Shown here: piece by piece, positions 46,479 through 54,781 of the stretch
Position numbering within the stretch: position 1 is the first letter of the stretch
Layout: every line of letters begins with the position of its first letter
Assembly: GCF_937920985.1 (NCBI RefSeq)
Contig: NZ_CALDXR010000019.1
Span: 31,268-95,267, forward strand
DNA length: 64,000 nucleotides
DNA from: an uncultured Phascolarctobacterium sp.
GTDB taxonomy: Bacteria; Bacillota; Negativicutes; Acidaminococcales; Acidaminococcaceae
Direction of reading: 5' to 3'
Notes under the pieces: generated by a model
Database searches by the model: none
What the model was told of the DNA's origin: nothing
What the model saw: the letters and a program-made list of their open reading frames with translations, nothing else
Program-made: the position numbers and the translations under genes

Positions 46479-46852
46479 TTGTTTAAGATACCACCTGCTG
46501 TTTTTATATAAAATAATAGACCTGCATAATCTAATGTATCTTTCAATTTTTCTTGTTCAAAGTTGATTGTTACTTATATTAGTAGTATTGCCAAAGACAT
46601 CTTCTCTCTTTAAAGTAACAGTATGATTTTCAAGAGATATTTCTTTGATAAGGCATTAATGTACCTATACTATTTTCTTCATATTGTGCTGGAAATTACC
46701 TCGCCTTCTAAATCAGTATTTTTTCCAATGCCAAAGCCACCTTTACCTGCGTAAATACCGCTTTGGTCTGTAACGCTTTCATATTTGCTATCAACATTAT
46801 CCTTGCTAACATTGCCACTAATTCCAACAAATTTAGCTTTGATATTCCTCAA
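46475..46852 (-). pseudogene. CdiA/FhaB-like stub plus multiply frameshifted C-terminal remnant (copy 2)
   Basis: ...KFVGISGNVSKDNVDSKYESVTDQSGIYAGKGGFGIGKNTDLEGEVISSTI*, then three more short frames ending ...DYAGLLFYIKTAGGILNK*. Confidence 0.55.
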
Positions 46853-47357
46853 GATTATCCATTATTTTTTTAATTATACTATCAAATTGAGAATCAAAGT
46901 CTTCCCTCTTTATTTTAAATTCAAAACCACTTACTGCACTTCCGAAAGACTTGGTAGCTTTTTTCCTTTGAAGCATTTTTATATAATATTCTTGGTTTTC
47001 TTCTATATAAGTCACCTCAACAATATAGTGCATATTAAAAAAACGATTCCATGTTTTGTATTTTGTGAGTTTAAATGGATCAAGATTTTCTTTATCTTCA
47101 CTTTTATATTCAGCTAAACTGAATTTTATGCATTTAATTACTGTCTCCTTTAAAGATTCATTGCTGATATTATCGATAATTTTTCCTATGCTTCTGCTAA
47201 ACCCAATAGTAGTAACGTGATATATCAAAATAGATATTTCACCTGTGTTTTTTTCTATATATATGTTTAATAATCCTTTCATTTTGCCACCTACTCTACA
47301 ATAGCGATATTTGTATTATTTTCGGCAGCAAGGTCGGCTTTTCCTGCTTCACTGGCT
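46685..47357 (-). repeat. direct repeat copy 2
   Basis: See copy 1. Same offset on both flanks, so there is no indel within the ORF. Confidence 0.8.
46833..47282 (-). CDS. 149-aa cytoplasmic hypothetical protein, copy 2
   Basis: The first 19 aa are identical to copy 1. The last 40 aa are near-identical (3 differences). About 40 of the central ~90 residues differ. Confidence 0.6.
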   Translation of the reverse strand: MKGLLNIYIEKNTGEISILIYHVTTIGFSRSIGKIIDNISNESLKETVIKCIKFSLAEYKSEDKENLDPFKLTKYKTWNRFFNMHYIVEVTYIEENQEYYIKMLQRKKATKSFGSAVSGFEFKIKREDFDSQFDSIIKKIMDNLEEYQS

Positions 47358-47461
47358 ACGTTGCCACCTTTTATATTAATATCGTTACCACTTGCAATGC
47401 TGGTAGCAAAAGTATTTTCCCTATTGCTAAAATCACTGCGGTATACTACAATAAGTCTAAA
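47291..47461 (-). pseudogene. 56-codon start-less hemagglutinin (Fil_haemagg-like) repeat stub at the right border of the island
   Basis: FRLIVVYRSDFSNRENTFATSIASGNDINIKGGNVASEAGKADLAAENNTNIAIVE*, bounded upstream by TAA, with no start codon. Confidence 0.55.
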
Positions 47462-47485
47462 TTAAAACAGAAAGCAGGGTTCACT

Positions 47486-48124
47486 ATGCAATTACCGGAA
47501 AAAAAATACATTGCCTCCTTTGATATTGACGCACAAAACACCTTCACCCCGGTCTGCCCCGACGAGCTGCCGGTTTCCGAAGGCGACACCATCGCTCCCG
47601 AGCTGAACGCCCAGGCGCAATTCGCCAGCCTGCGCCTCGCTTCCCGCGACGCGCACAGCCGTTGCGCGCTCTGGATCAGCGACGCTGAGCACGCTCCGCT
47701 CACTCCCATCAGCGGCTATCCCGATCTTGATATCCGTTGGCCGGCACACGCTATTATCGGCACCAAAGGCTTTGACTTCATCGACGGCCTCGATGAAGCG
47801 GCTTATGATTATCAGGTGTTCAAGGGCATTGAAGCAGATAAGCATCCCTACGGCGCCTGCTACCATGACCTGAAGGACACTCTTTCCACCGGTGCCATCG
47901 AATATCTGCGCTGCCATGGTATTACCACCGTTATCTGCGGCGGTCTGGCAACCGATTATTGTGTAAAAAACACTGTACTGCAGCTGAAGGCTGCTGGCTT
48001 CGATGTTATCCTGAACAAGGCTGCCTGCCGCGGCATTGCTCCCGAAACCATCGCAAGCGCTATGCAGGAAATGGCTGCTGCCGAAGTAAAATTCGTAGAA
48101 TGCGCCAAGGAATTAGCTGAATAA
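47486..48124 (+). CDS. pncA: nicotinamidase/pyrazinamidase (isochorismatase family)
   Basis: 212 aa. FDIDAQNTF, WPAHAI.GT.G, GLATDYCV catalytic Cys motif. Confidence 0.75.
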   Translation: MQLPEKKYIASFDIDAQNTFTPVCPDELPVSEGDTIAPELNAQAQFASLRLASRDAHSRCALWISDAEHAPLTPISGYPDLDIRWPAHAIIGTKGFDFIDGLDEAAYDYQVFKGIEADKHPYGACYHDLKDTLSTGAIEYLRCHGITTVICGGLATDYCVKNTVLQLKAAGFDVILNKAACRGIAPETIASAMQEMAAAEVKFVECAKELAE

Positions 48125-48134
48125 GAAACTTACA

Positions 48135-48170
48135 AAAAATGCTGCTGGCTTATGCCCGCAGCATTTTTGT
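48135..48170. terminator. bidirectional hairpin terminator
   Basis: AAATGCTGC...GCAGCATTT followed by TTTGTTTT, with an A-run upstream. Confidence 0.75.
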
Positions 48171-48182
48171 TTTAACGTAATA

Positions 48183-49409
48183 CTATTCAATTTCACGCAG
48201 TGCGTGTGAGCGACCGGTCAGCGAACGTGCGCCCTTTTCCGTAACCACATAGGTATTTTCCGTGCCTACCAGGCCTAAGCCCGGCAAAGCAATTTTAGGC
48301 TCTACGGCAAAGGTCATGCCGGGCTCCAGCGGCTGCTTAAAGCCTTTGGCTATAGCCGGCGCTTCATCCATCACCAGACCAATGCTGTGACCCAAGAATT
48401 TACCGCCGTTCATAAACGCATCACCGTAGACATTATCAAACTTTTCCATAGTGCGCAAATACAGGTTTTCAATCGGCTCACCAGGAACCATCATGGACAC
48501 TACCTCTTGCTCCAGCTCCAGGCAACGCTCCTGTGCCGCCAAAAGCCTTGCACATTGCTCATCCTTTTGCAGACTGCCGAAATAATATACAACAGTCTTA
48601 TCCGTATGATAACCATCAAAGCCGCAGGGAACATCAAGATAAACCAATCGACCGGACTGCAGCTTGCGGAAAGCATTGCCTATGGATTGCACCGCTATAC
48701 AGGTGCCACCGGTACCGCCGGGGCCGTCAAAGCCGGTGCGTACTAAACCGCTCTTGCCAAAAGAAGCCAAACCGACAACCTCCTCGCCCAAGGACTGGTT
48801 AAAGCGCGCCGTTCCGTGTGAACCGCGCTGCACCATCTCGCTATAAAGCTCAATGGCCAGCTGCGCTTCACTGATGCCTGCATGAATCAGCTTCGGAGCA
48901 ACAACGTCCAGCACTGTTTCGTGAATAGCGCCGGAGTGTTCCATCTGCTTCAGCTCATAAGCACTCTTGCGCAGACGCAGCTCCTGCAGCACTGCGTCAA
49001 AGGAGCCAACCTCTTCAAAAGCAAAATACTTATGCAGCATGCGCTCCCAATCAAGGGTAGCCTTCTTCGTTTCTACATACATAATGCGTGGCGCACTGCC
49101 ATAATAGGCAGCAGCCTCACGAAAGCTGTGCATCGGACGGATATCGCTGAAATGCGATTCATTCACTGCGCGCTCATAATTACGGCGCACCCAGAAAATT
49201 GCATCCTGCGGACGAATCAGCAGCACGCCCTCCTGCATCGTACCCGTAAAATAATACATTGCAATCTTATGATTGACTGCAGCCATCTCCCAACCGGGAT
49301 GCATTTCATCCATCAGGTGGCGAAACTTCTCCATACGCGCCTCCAGCTCACTGGCAGGCACAGGACGAATAGCATCAGTCAATACAGCAGTCTGCTCCAA
49401 AACAGCCAT
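48183..49409 (-). CDS. M24 family Xaa-Pro aminopeptidase
   Basis: 408 aa. Creatinase-like N-domain plus a pita-bread fold (DGYHTD, HSIGL, EPG..). Confidence 0.8.
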   Translation of the reverse strand: MAVLEQTAVLTDAIRPVPASELEARMEKFRHLMDEMHPGWEMAAVNHKIAMYYFTGTMQEGVLLIRPQDAIFWVRRNYERAVNESHFSDIRPMHSFREAAAYYGSAPRIMYVETKKATLDWERMLHKYFAFEEVGSFDAVLQELRLRKSAYELKQMEHSGAIHETVLDVVAPKLIHAGISEAQLAIELYSEMVQRGSHGTARFNQSLGEEVVGLASFGKSGLVRTGFDGPGGTGGTCIAVQSIGNAFRKLQSGRLVYLDVPCGFDGYHTDKTVVYYFGSLQKDEQCARLLAAQERCLELEQEVVSMMVPGEPIENLYLRTMEKFDNVYGDAFMNGGKFLGHSIGLVMDEAPAIAKGFKQPLEPGMTFAVEPKIALPGLGLVGTENTYVVTEKGARSLTGRSHALREIE

Positions 49410-49452
49410 AGCAATACTCCTTTCGTTATCAAAGCAAAGTATTTATACGTTA

Positions 49453-50262
49453 TTAACCAAGATATTGCAAAATTTCCTTAGCATGCTGTAAAATAATATC
49501 CGGCTTAATAGAACCATTTTCCACATCTTCCATGGTTGCCTCACCGGTCAGCACCATCACAGAAAGAATATCGTTGTTCAGGCCAAAGGCAATATCTGTC
49601 GCCAGGCGGTCACCCACCATAGCAATTTCCTCTTTTTTATAACCGGTTTTATCCAAAACCACATCTACCATATACTTATAAGGCTTACCGAAAATCAGCT
49701 GCGGCTTTTTGCCGGTAGCAGTTTTAATCAGCTCCAGCATTGCACCGGTATCAGGAATGAACTCGCCGCCTTCAATCGGACAGCGTACATCAGGATGCGT
49801 TGCAACATACGGCACACCCTTGTCAATCAGGCGGCAGGCGGTAGTAAGGCGGTCATAGGTAAGTGTCTGGTCAAAGCCGACAACTACATAATCGGCGCCC
49901 TCCTCCAGCGTATTCGTCAGCGTAAAGCCTGCTTCCTCAATCGTTGCCAACAGCTGCGGCGTTCCCAGCACAAACAGCTTCGCACCGGGTTTGTTCTTCT
50001 GCATCCAGTTGGTCAGTGCGTCTGATGAAATCAGGATATTCTCACGCGTAACCGGCACGCCCAGTCCATTCATTTTCTGCACATAATGCTCGTGGCTGCG
50101 GGAAGAATTATTCGTCAGCAGATAATATTCCTTGCCTGCTGCCTTTAATTTATCAAAAAAGCCTTCCATACCAGGAATCAGTTCGTTGCCCAAATTAATT
50201 GTTCCGTCCATATCAAAAAGAAAACATTTAATTTTCGCTAAGCGAGCGTAATCATAAGTCAT
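49453..50262 (-). CDS. HAD-IIA family phosphatase (NagD-like)
   Basis: 269 aa. FLFDMDGT motif I, LTNNS motif II, MVGDRLATDI motif IV. Confidence 0.8.
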   Translation of the reverse strand: MTYDYARLAKIKCFLFDMDGTINLGNELIPGMEGFFDKLKAAGKEYYLLTNNSSRSHEHYVQKMNGLGVPVTRENILISSDALTNWMQKNKPGAKLFVLGTPQLLATIEEAGFTLTNTLEEGADYVVVGFDQTLTYDRLTTACRLIDKGVPYVATHPDVRCPIEGGEFIPDTGAMLELIKTATGKKPQLIFGKPYKYMVDVVLDKTGYKKEEIAMVGDRLATDIAFGLNNDILSVMVLTGEATMEDVENGSIKPDIILQHAKEILQYLG

Positions 50263-50448
50263 GCCTTATCCTCCAAACTTAAATATAATAATATTATAAA
50301 GCATTTGCCTTTTTTGTGCTACAATAGACAAGGAAGAAAATCTGAAGCTCAAAAGGATGTTGACAGACATGAAAAATGATTGACAAAAAAATCTTTAGAT
50401 TACTTCTGACCTATGTGCTGCTTGCTGATAGCTAATTACGGCAAATCT

Positions 50449-50544
50449 AGAAAAATATGCATTTTCTACAGAAAAACATCCTGAAAATCTGCATTTTTCT
50501 CTCTGAAATACCATGAAAATCTGCATTTTTGTTGAAGGTATGTA
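50449..50544 (+). repeat. three iteron-like direct repeats with 32-bp periodicity (core GAAAAT-N-TGCATTTT)
   Basis: Cores at about 50450-50466, 50483-50499 and 50515-50531. The third abuts the -35 of the downstream promoter. Confidence 0.7.
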
Positions 50545-50560
50545 ATAATACTGTTATAAT
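50532..50560 (+). promoter_or_regulatory. promoter of the DUF4143 ATPase gene
   Basis: TTGAAG, 17-nt spacer, TGtTATAAT (extended -10). Followed by the palindrome AAGCATAA-AC-TTATGCTT (50563-50580). Confidence 0.6.
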
Positions 50561-50594
50561 AAAAGCATAAACTTATGCTTTGAGGAGGATGAAA

Positions 50595-51893
50595 ATGCTT
50601 AAGCGGAAGTTTTTGGATGCACTTGTACAGTGGAAAGAAAATAAACAGCAAGAATGTTTATTAGTCAAAGGTGCACGCCAAATAGGTAAAACTTATATCA
50701 TAGATTATTTTGGACGGAAGCATTATCGTAGTTATATTTATATAAATTTTATCGAGATGCCAAAGTTCAAAGAAATATTTTTGGGTGATTTGTCAGCAGA
50801 TGAGATATATAAAAGAATTTCTTTGCTGCTTCCTGAAAGCCGCTTTCTTGAGCATGAAACATTGATTTTTTTAGATGAAATCCAAGCATGTCCTGAGGCA
50901 AGAACGGCATTGAAATTTTTAGCGCTGGATAATCGTTATGATGTTATTGCTTCTGGTTCACTTTTAGGTATCAGCTATAAAGAGGTCGACTCTATTCCTG
51001 TTGGCTATGAGAAGCAGATTACAATGTATGCTCTGGACTTTGAGGAATATTTATGGGCCTTGGGTTACACTGATGAGAAAATAGCGATTTTGCAAGATTA
51101 TTTTTTGCTGAAAGAAGCAGTACCGCCTGCTGTACATGAGCAGATGTTAAAGCTGTTGCGTGAGTACATGGCGGTAGGCGGTATGCCTGCTGTAGTTAAT
51201 AAGTTTGTCGAAACGCAGCATTTTGGCCTTGTACAGCAAGAACAGGAGAAAATACTTGCCAGTTATCAGGAGGACGTTTCTAAATATGCCAGCAATACAG
51301 AGAAGCCTAAGGTAAAAAATTGCTATTTTTCTATTCCTAAGCAGTTGGCTAAAGAAAATAAAAAATTTCAGTTCTCTGTTGTAGAGAAAAAGGGAACGGC
51401 TCGTAAATTCGAAAACAGCATTGAGTGGCTACGGGATGCAAATCTTGTTTATTTGTGTTATAACGTTAGTACGCCTGCTTTTCCTTTAGCTGCTTATGAA
51501 AAAGAGGATATGTATAAGTTGTATTTAGCAGATATTGGCCTGCTCATATCTATGTATGGGTATGATATGAAAAAGGCTATTATTGATGATACGCTTACCG
51601 GAGCGGCTAAGGGAGGTATTTATGAAAATCTCATTGCTGATATGTTGGTAAAGGGAGGACATAAGCTAAACTATTTCCGATCTCAAAATGGTGAAACAGA
51701 AATAGAGTTTCTTATTACTAAGGAGGCGCAGATTATTCCTGTGGAAGTGAAGGCTAATAGGGGGTCTACCGTATCGTTGAATAGAATCTTAGAGCAGACA
51801 CAGATTCCTTATGGCTATAAGCTTATTTCCGGGAATGTTGGCGTTAATGACAAAAAAATAGTATTGCCATTGTATATGGCTATGTTTTTATAA
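50595..51893 (+). CDS. AAA ATPase with DUF4143 domain (AAA_14/DUF4143 family)
   Basis: 432 aa from ATG 50595 behind GAGGAGGA. VKGARQIGKT Walker A and LIFLDEIQ Walker B. Confidence 0.75.
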   Translation: MLKRKFLDALVQWKENKQQECLLVKGARQIGKTYIIDYFGRKHYRSYIYINFIEMPKFKEIFLGDLSADEIYKRISLLLPESRFLEHETLIFLDEIQACPEARTALKFLALDNRYDVIASGSLLGISYKEVDSIPVGYEKQITMYALDFEEYLWALGYTDEKIAILQDYFLLKEAVPPAVHEQMLKLLREYMAVGGMPAVVNKFVETQHFGLVQQEQEKILASYQEDVSKYASNTEKPKVKNCYFSIPKQLAKENKKFQFSVVEKKGTARKFENSIEWLRDANLVYLCYNVSTPAFPLAAYEKEDMYKLYLADIGLLISMYGYDMKKAIIDDTLTGAAKGGIYENLIADMLVKGGHKLNYFRSQNGETEIEFLITKEAQIIPVEVKANRGSTVSLNRILEQTQIPYGYKLISGNVGVNDKKIVLPLYMAMFL

Positions 51894-51965
51894 GCTGTTG
51901 CATTTTTTGTTTACCCACAAACTGTGATAAAAAGCCAATTTAAAGATATTATAGGGAGTTAAACC

Positions 51966-52613
51966 ATGAAATATACAACAATTATTTTCGATCTTGACGG
52001 TACCTTACTCAACACATTGGCAGATTTAGCTGCCGCTACCAACTATGCTTTAGCAGAGCACAAGCTGCCAAAGCGCACCACAGACGAGGTGCGCCTGTTT
52101 GTCGGCAATGGCATCCGCAAGCTGATTGAGCGTGCAGTACCGGCTGACACACCTGCAGAGCTGCAGGAGGAGGTCTTTGCCAGCTTCAACAGATACTATA
52201 AGCAGCACTGCGCCGACAGCACCCGCCCCTATGACGGCGTGCCGCAGCTTTTGCAGCAGCTGCGCGCTGCAGGCTGCCGCACCGCCATTGTTTCCAACAA
52301 AGCGAATTACGGCGTACAGGCGCTGGCTAAGCAATATTTTGACGGCCAGCTCGACGCTGCCTGCGGCGAGCGCGCCGGCATCGCCAAAAAGCCTGCGCCG
52401 GATATGCTGCTGGCAATCATGCAGCAATTAAACGCTAAGCCTGCAAGCACTATCTATATCGGTGATTCGGATACCGACATTGCCACAGCAAGCAATGCAG
52501 GCGTAGCCTGCATCGGCGCCTGCTGGGGCTTCAGAGGCCGCGCCTTTTTAGAAGCGCACGGTGCCAAGCTGCTGGCTGAAAACGTGAGCGATATCTGGGA
52601 GCTTATAAAGTAA
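51966..52613 (+). CDS. HAD family phosphatase (phosphoglycolate phosphatase-like)
   Basis: 215 aa. IIFDLDGTLLNT motif I, VSNK motif II, IGDSDTDI motif IV. Confidence 0.75.
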   Translation: MKYTTIIFDLDGTLLNTLADLAAATNYALAEHKLPKRTTDEVRLFVGNGIRKLIERAVPADTPAELQEEVFASFNRYYKQHCADSTRPYDGVPQLLQQLRAAGCRTAIVSNKANYGVQALAKQYFDGQLDAACGERAGIAKKPAPDMLLAIMQQLNAKPASTIYIGDSDTDIATASNAGVACIGACWGFRGRAFLEAHGAKLLAENVSDIWELIK

Positions 52614-52644
52614 AAGAGACTGCCGCAAGGCAGTCTCTTTTACT
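52613..52644. terminator. bidirectional hairpin terminator
   Basis: AAAGAGACTGCC-GCAA-GGCAGTCTCTTT followed by a T-run. Confidence 0.8.
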
Positions 52645-52655
52645 TTATAACTAAT

Positions 52656-53582
52656 TTACGCCAAGCAATCATCCATAAATTTAATCAGACCAGCTTCTAC
52701 TTCATCGCGCAAGCACAGCTCATTGTGAATCTCATGACGGAAGCCCGGATATGGCTTTACAGAAACCTTATGTCCGGTTTTTGCCAGCAGATTTGCTACA
52801 TGATACAAGCCCTCGCCGTAATTACCGCAAGGATCCTGATCACCGGCAATCAGATAGCTGGGAATATTTTGCGGCACCTTGGCAGCCCACTCATCATTTT
52901 CAATATAATGATACAGCTGCACGAAATCATAGCACAGCTCCAGCGTAGTATCAAAGGTATTGAACATATCGCCTGCATGGTCCTCAACAATGCGTGGATC
53001 TGTTGCAATCCAGTCTGCCGGACCGTTGGGATTTTCCACTCTGTCCGTCATCCCGCAGAAAACACGCTCAAACCAGACCCCGCAGGGTTGATACGGATCT
53101 GCCTCATAGGCAGCCTTGAATTCCGCATTAACATAGGCATCCTCACAGCCCTGCCACTGCGAGCAGACACCGCACAGCATCATACCTTTGATATCCTCAC
53201 CGTAGATTGACGCATAAGCACGCGCCAGCATAGAACCCCAGCTATGGCCGAAAACGAAATACGGCAGCTCAGGATAAGCCTCTTTAGCAATATCATGCAA
53301 AGCCTTTTCATCCTTCAGGTAAGTCATATAGCCACCGGAATGCGGGTCACCCAAGGTGCCTCCGTCATAGCCGGTTTTACCGTGACCGAGATGGTCATCA
53401 GCAAACACTACAAAGCCTGCTTCGTTAAATTTGCTAATCATATGCAGATAGCGGCGTGAATGCTCACCATAGCCGTGAATCAGCTGTACAATAGCTTTCG
53501 GTTGACCTAAAGGACTGTAGGACCAGGCCTTGATGGTATCTCTGCCGTTGGCAGAAGGGAAGGAAATTTCTCTGATAGACAT
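52656..53582 (-). CDS. alpha/beta hydrolase (lysophospholipase/monoacylglycerol lipase-like)
   Basis: 308 aa with a GHSWGS nucleophile elbow. Confidence 0.75.
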   Translation of the reverse strand: MSIREISFPSANGRDTIKAWSYSPLGQPKAIVQLIHGYGEHSRRYLHMISKFNEAGFVVFADDHLGHGKTGYDGGTLGDPHSGGYMTYLKDEKALHDIAKEAYPELPYFVFGHSWGSMLARAYASIYGEDIKGMMLCGVCSQWQGCEDAYVNAEFKAAYEADPYQPCGVWFERVFCGMTDRVENPNGPADWIATDPRIVEDHAGDMFNTFDTTLELCYDFVQLYHYIENDEWAAKVPQNIPSYLIAGDQDPCGNYGEGLYHVANLLAKTGHKVSVKPYPGFRHEIHNELCLRDEVEAGLIKFMDDCLA

Positions 53583-53829
53583 AATGCGGACCTCCTCGCC
53601 TGTAATTATTTATAATATTAAGATAATAATAACACCTGCATTTGCTGCTGTAAAGCAATAATAGCGCATAGAAGCATGTTTTACGTATTTTTTACAATCT
53701 GCTGCAACCATAGTTTCAACCAACGCCTACAAAAAACCACTACAACAATCCTGTCATAGTAGCTCACAAAAATCTATTTTTAATTTTACTGCTCAGCTAT
53801 CTGCCGCAGATAGCAGCAATTGCCAGCCT

Positions 53830-54768
53830 TTACCTGTTTTTCAGCACATAGAACGGATCAATATTCTGCCCATCTGCCAGCACCTCGTAATGTACATGGG
53901 GACCGGTGCTATAGCCTGTACTGCCGACAAAGCCGATGATTTCGCCTTTAATGACCTTCTGTCCTGCAGCAACAGCAATGCCGCTCATATGTCCATAGGC
54001 TGTTTCATAGCCATTGCCATGATTGATACGCACATAGCGTCCGTAGCCGCCATTCCAGCCTGCCTGCTCAATCGTACCGGCAGCAGTCGCATAAATCGGC
54101 GTGCCAAAATCAACCGCTATATCCAGACCAGGATGCCAATCATAACCGCCCTCAATCGGACCGGTGCGCACACCGTAATTACTGCTGATAGTGCCGCCGT
54201 CTGTAGGCCATTTATCAGGGAAGGATGACATACCGCCACCGGAACCTTCAACCTCACTCAAAAGCTCACTGACAGATTTTTTTGTGCCATCAAGCATTTT
54301 TTGGATATTCGCATTCTGGGCTGTCAGCACAGCCATAGTACCATTGATATCCATTTTAGCAGGACCGCCCTTGCCTGTATAAGACGTACTGGCAGACGTT
54401 TCCTTGGCTGCTGTCGAATCCACCATACTGGTACTCTCGCCCAGCTTACTGCTGTCTACATCACGGATAATAGCACGACGCAGCTTTTTCTCCAGATTAG
54501 AGATTTCTGCCATATCGCGCAGCATTTTTTCATTGTCCTGCAAAAGCTTCTGCAGCTTTGTCTGCTGCTCAGCCTTATTTTGCTTATAAGCAGCATAATC
54601 AGCTGCTTCGCTGCGATAATCTGCCAGCTGATGATATAAATAGCCGGCTCCGCCGACCGCTCCAACCAGCACCAAGGCAGCAACAGCAACGCCAGCCTTG
54701 AGCTTAGCATACGAAAAACTTACTACCTTGCCATTAGGCAAGCGCAGCTCACAATTCCTTTCCTCCAT
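53830..54768 (-). CDS. M23 (LytM) family metallopeptidase with N-terminal TM and coiled coil
   Basis: ATG 54768 (MEERNCELRL...) avoids overlap with the upstream gene. HPGLDIA...GHMS...GPHVHYEV zinc-site motifs. Confidence 0.8.
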   Translation of the reverse strand: MEERNCELRLPNGKVVSFSYAKLKAGVAVAALVLVGAVGGAGYLYHQLADYRSEAADYAAYKQNKAEQQTKLQKLLQDNEKMLRDMAEISNLEKKLRRAIIRDVDSSKLGESTSMVDSTAAKETSASTSYTGKGGPAKMDINGTMAVLTAQNANIQKMLDGTKKSVSELLSEVEGSGGGMSSFPDKWPTDGGTISSNYGVRTGPIEGGYDWHPGLDIAVDFGTPIYATAAGTIEQAGWNGGYGRYVRINHGNGYETAYGHMSGIAVAAGQKVIKGEIIGFVGSTGYSTGPHVHYEVLADGQNIDPFYVLKNR

Positions 54769-54781
54769 TATTTTTATTACC

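Noticed and set aside
43536-47117. Plus-strand ORFs inside the island (43536-43772, 44779-45033, 44940-45134, 46121-46309, 46785-47117)
   Set aside because: They are all antisense to better-supported minus-strand ORFs or remnants. Their low-complexity Leu/Ile/Phe-rich translations are typical of AT-rich DNA.
42447-47461. Classical mobile element (IS, integron, prophage remnant) explaining the AT-rich island
   Set aside because: I could discern no transposase, integrase or recombinase, no terminal inverted repeats and no flanking direct repeats. The tRNA cluster is 16 kb away.
50449-50544. Mini CRISPR array
   Set aside because: There are only three ~17-bp imperfect repeats with ~15-bp spacers, no cas genes, and they sit directly on a promoter. 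They are better explained as protein-binding iterons.
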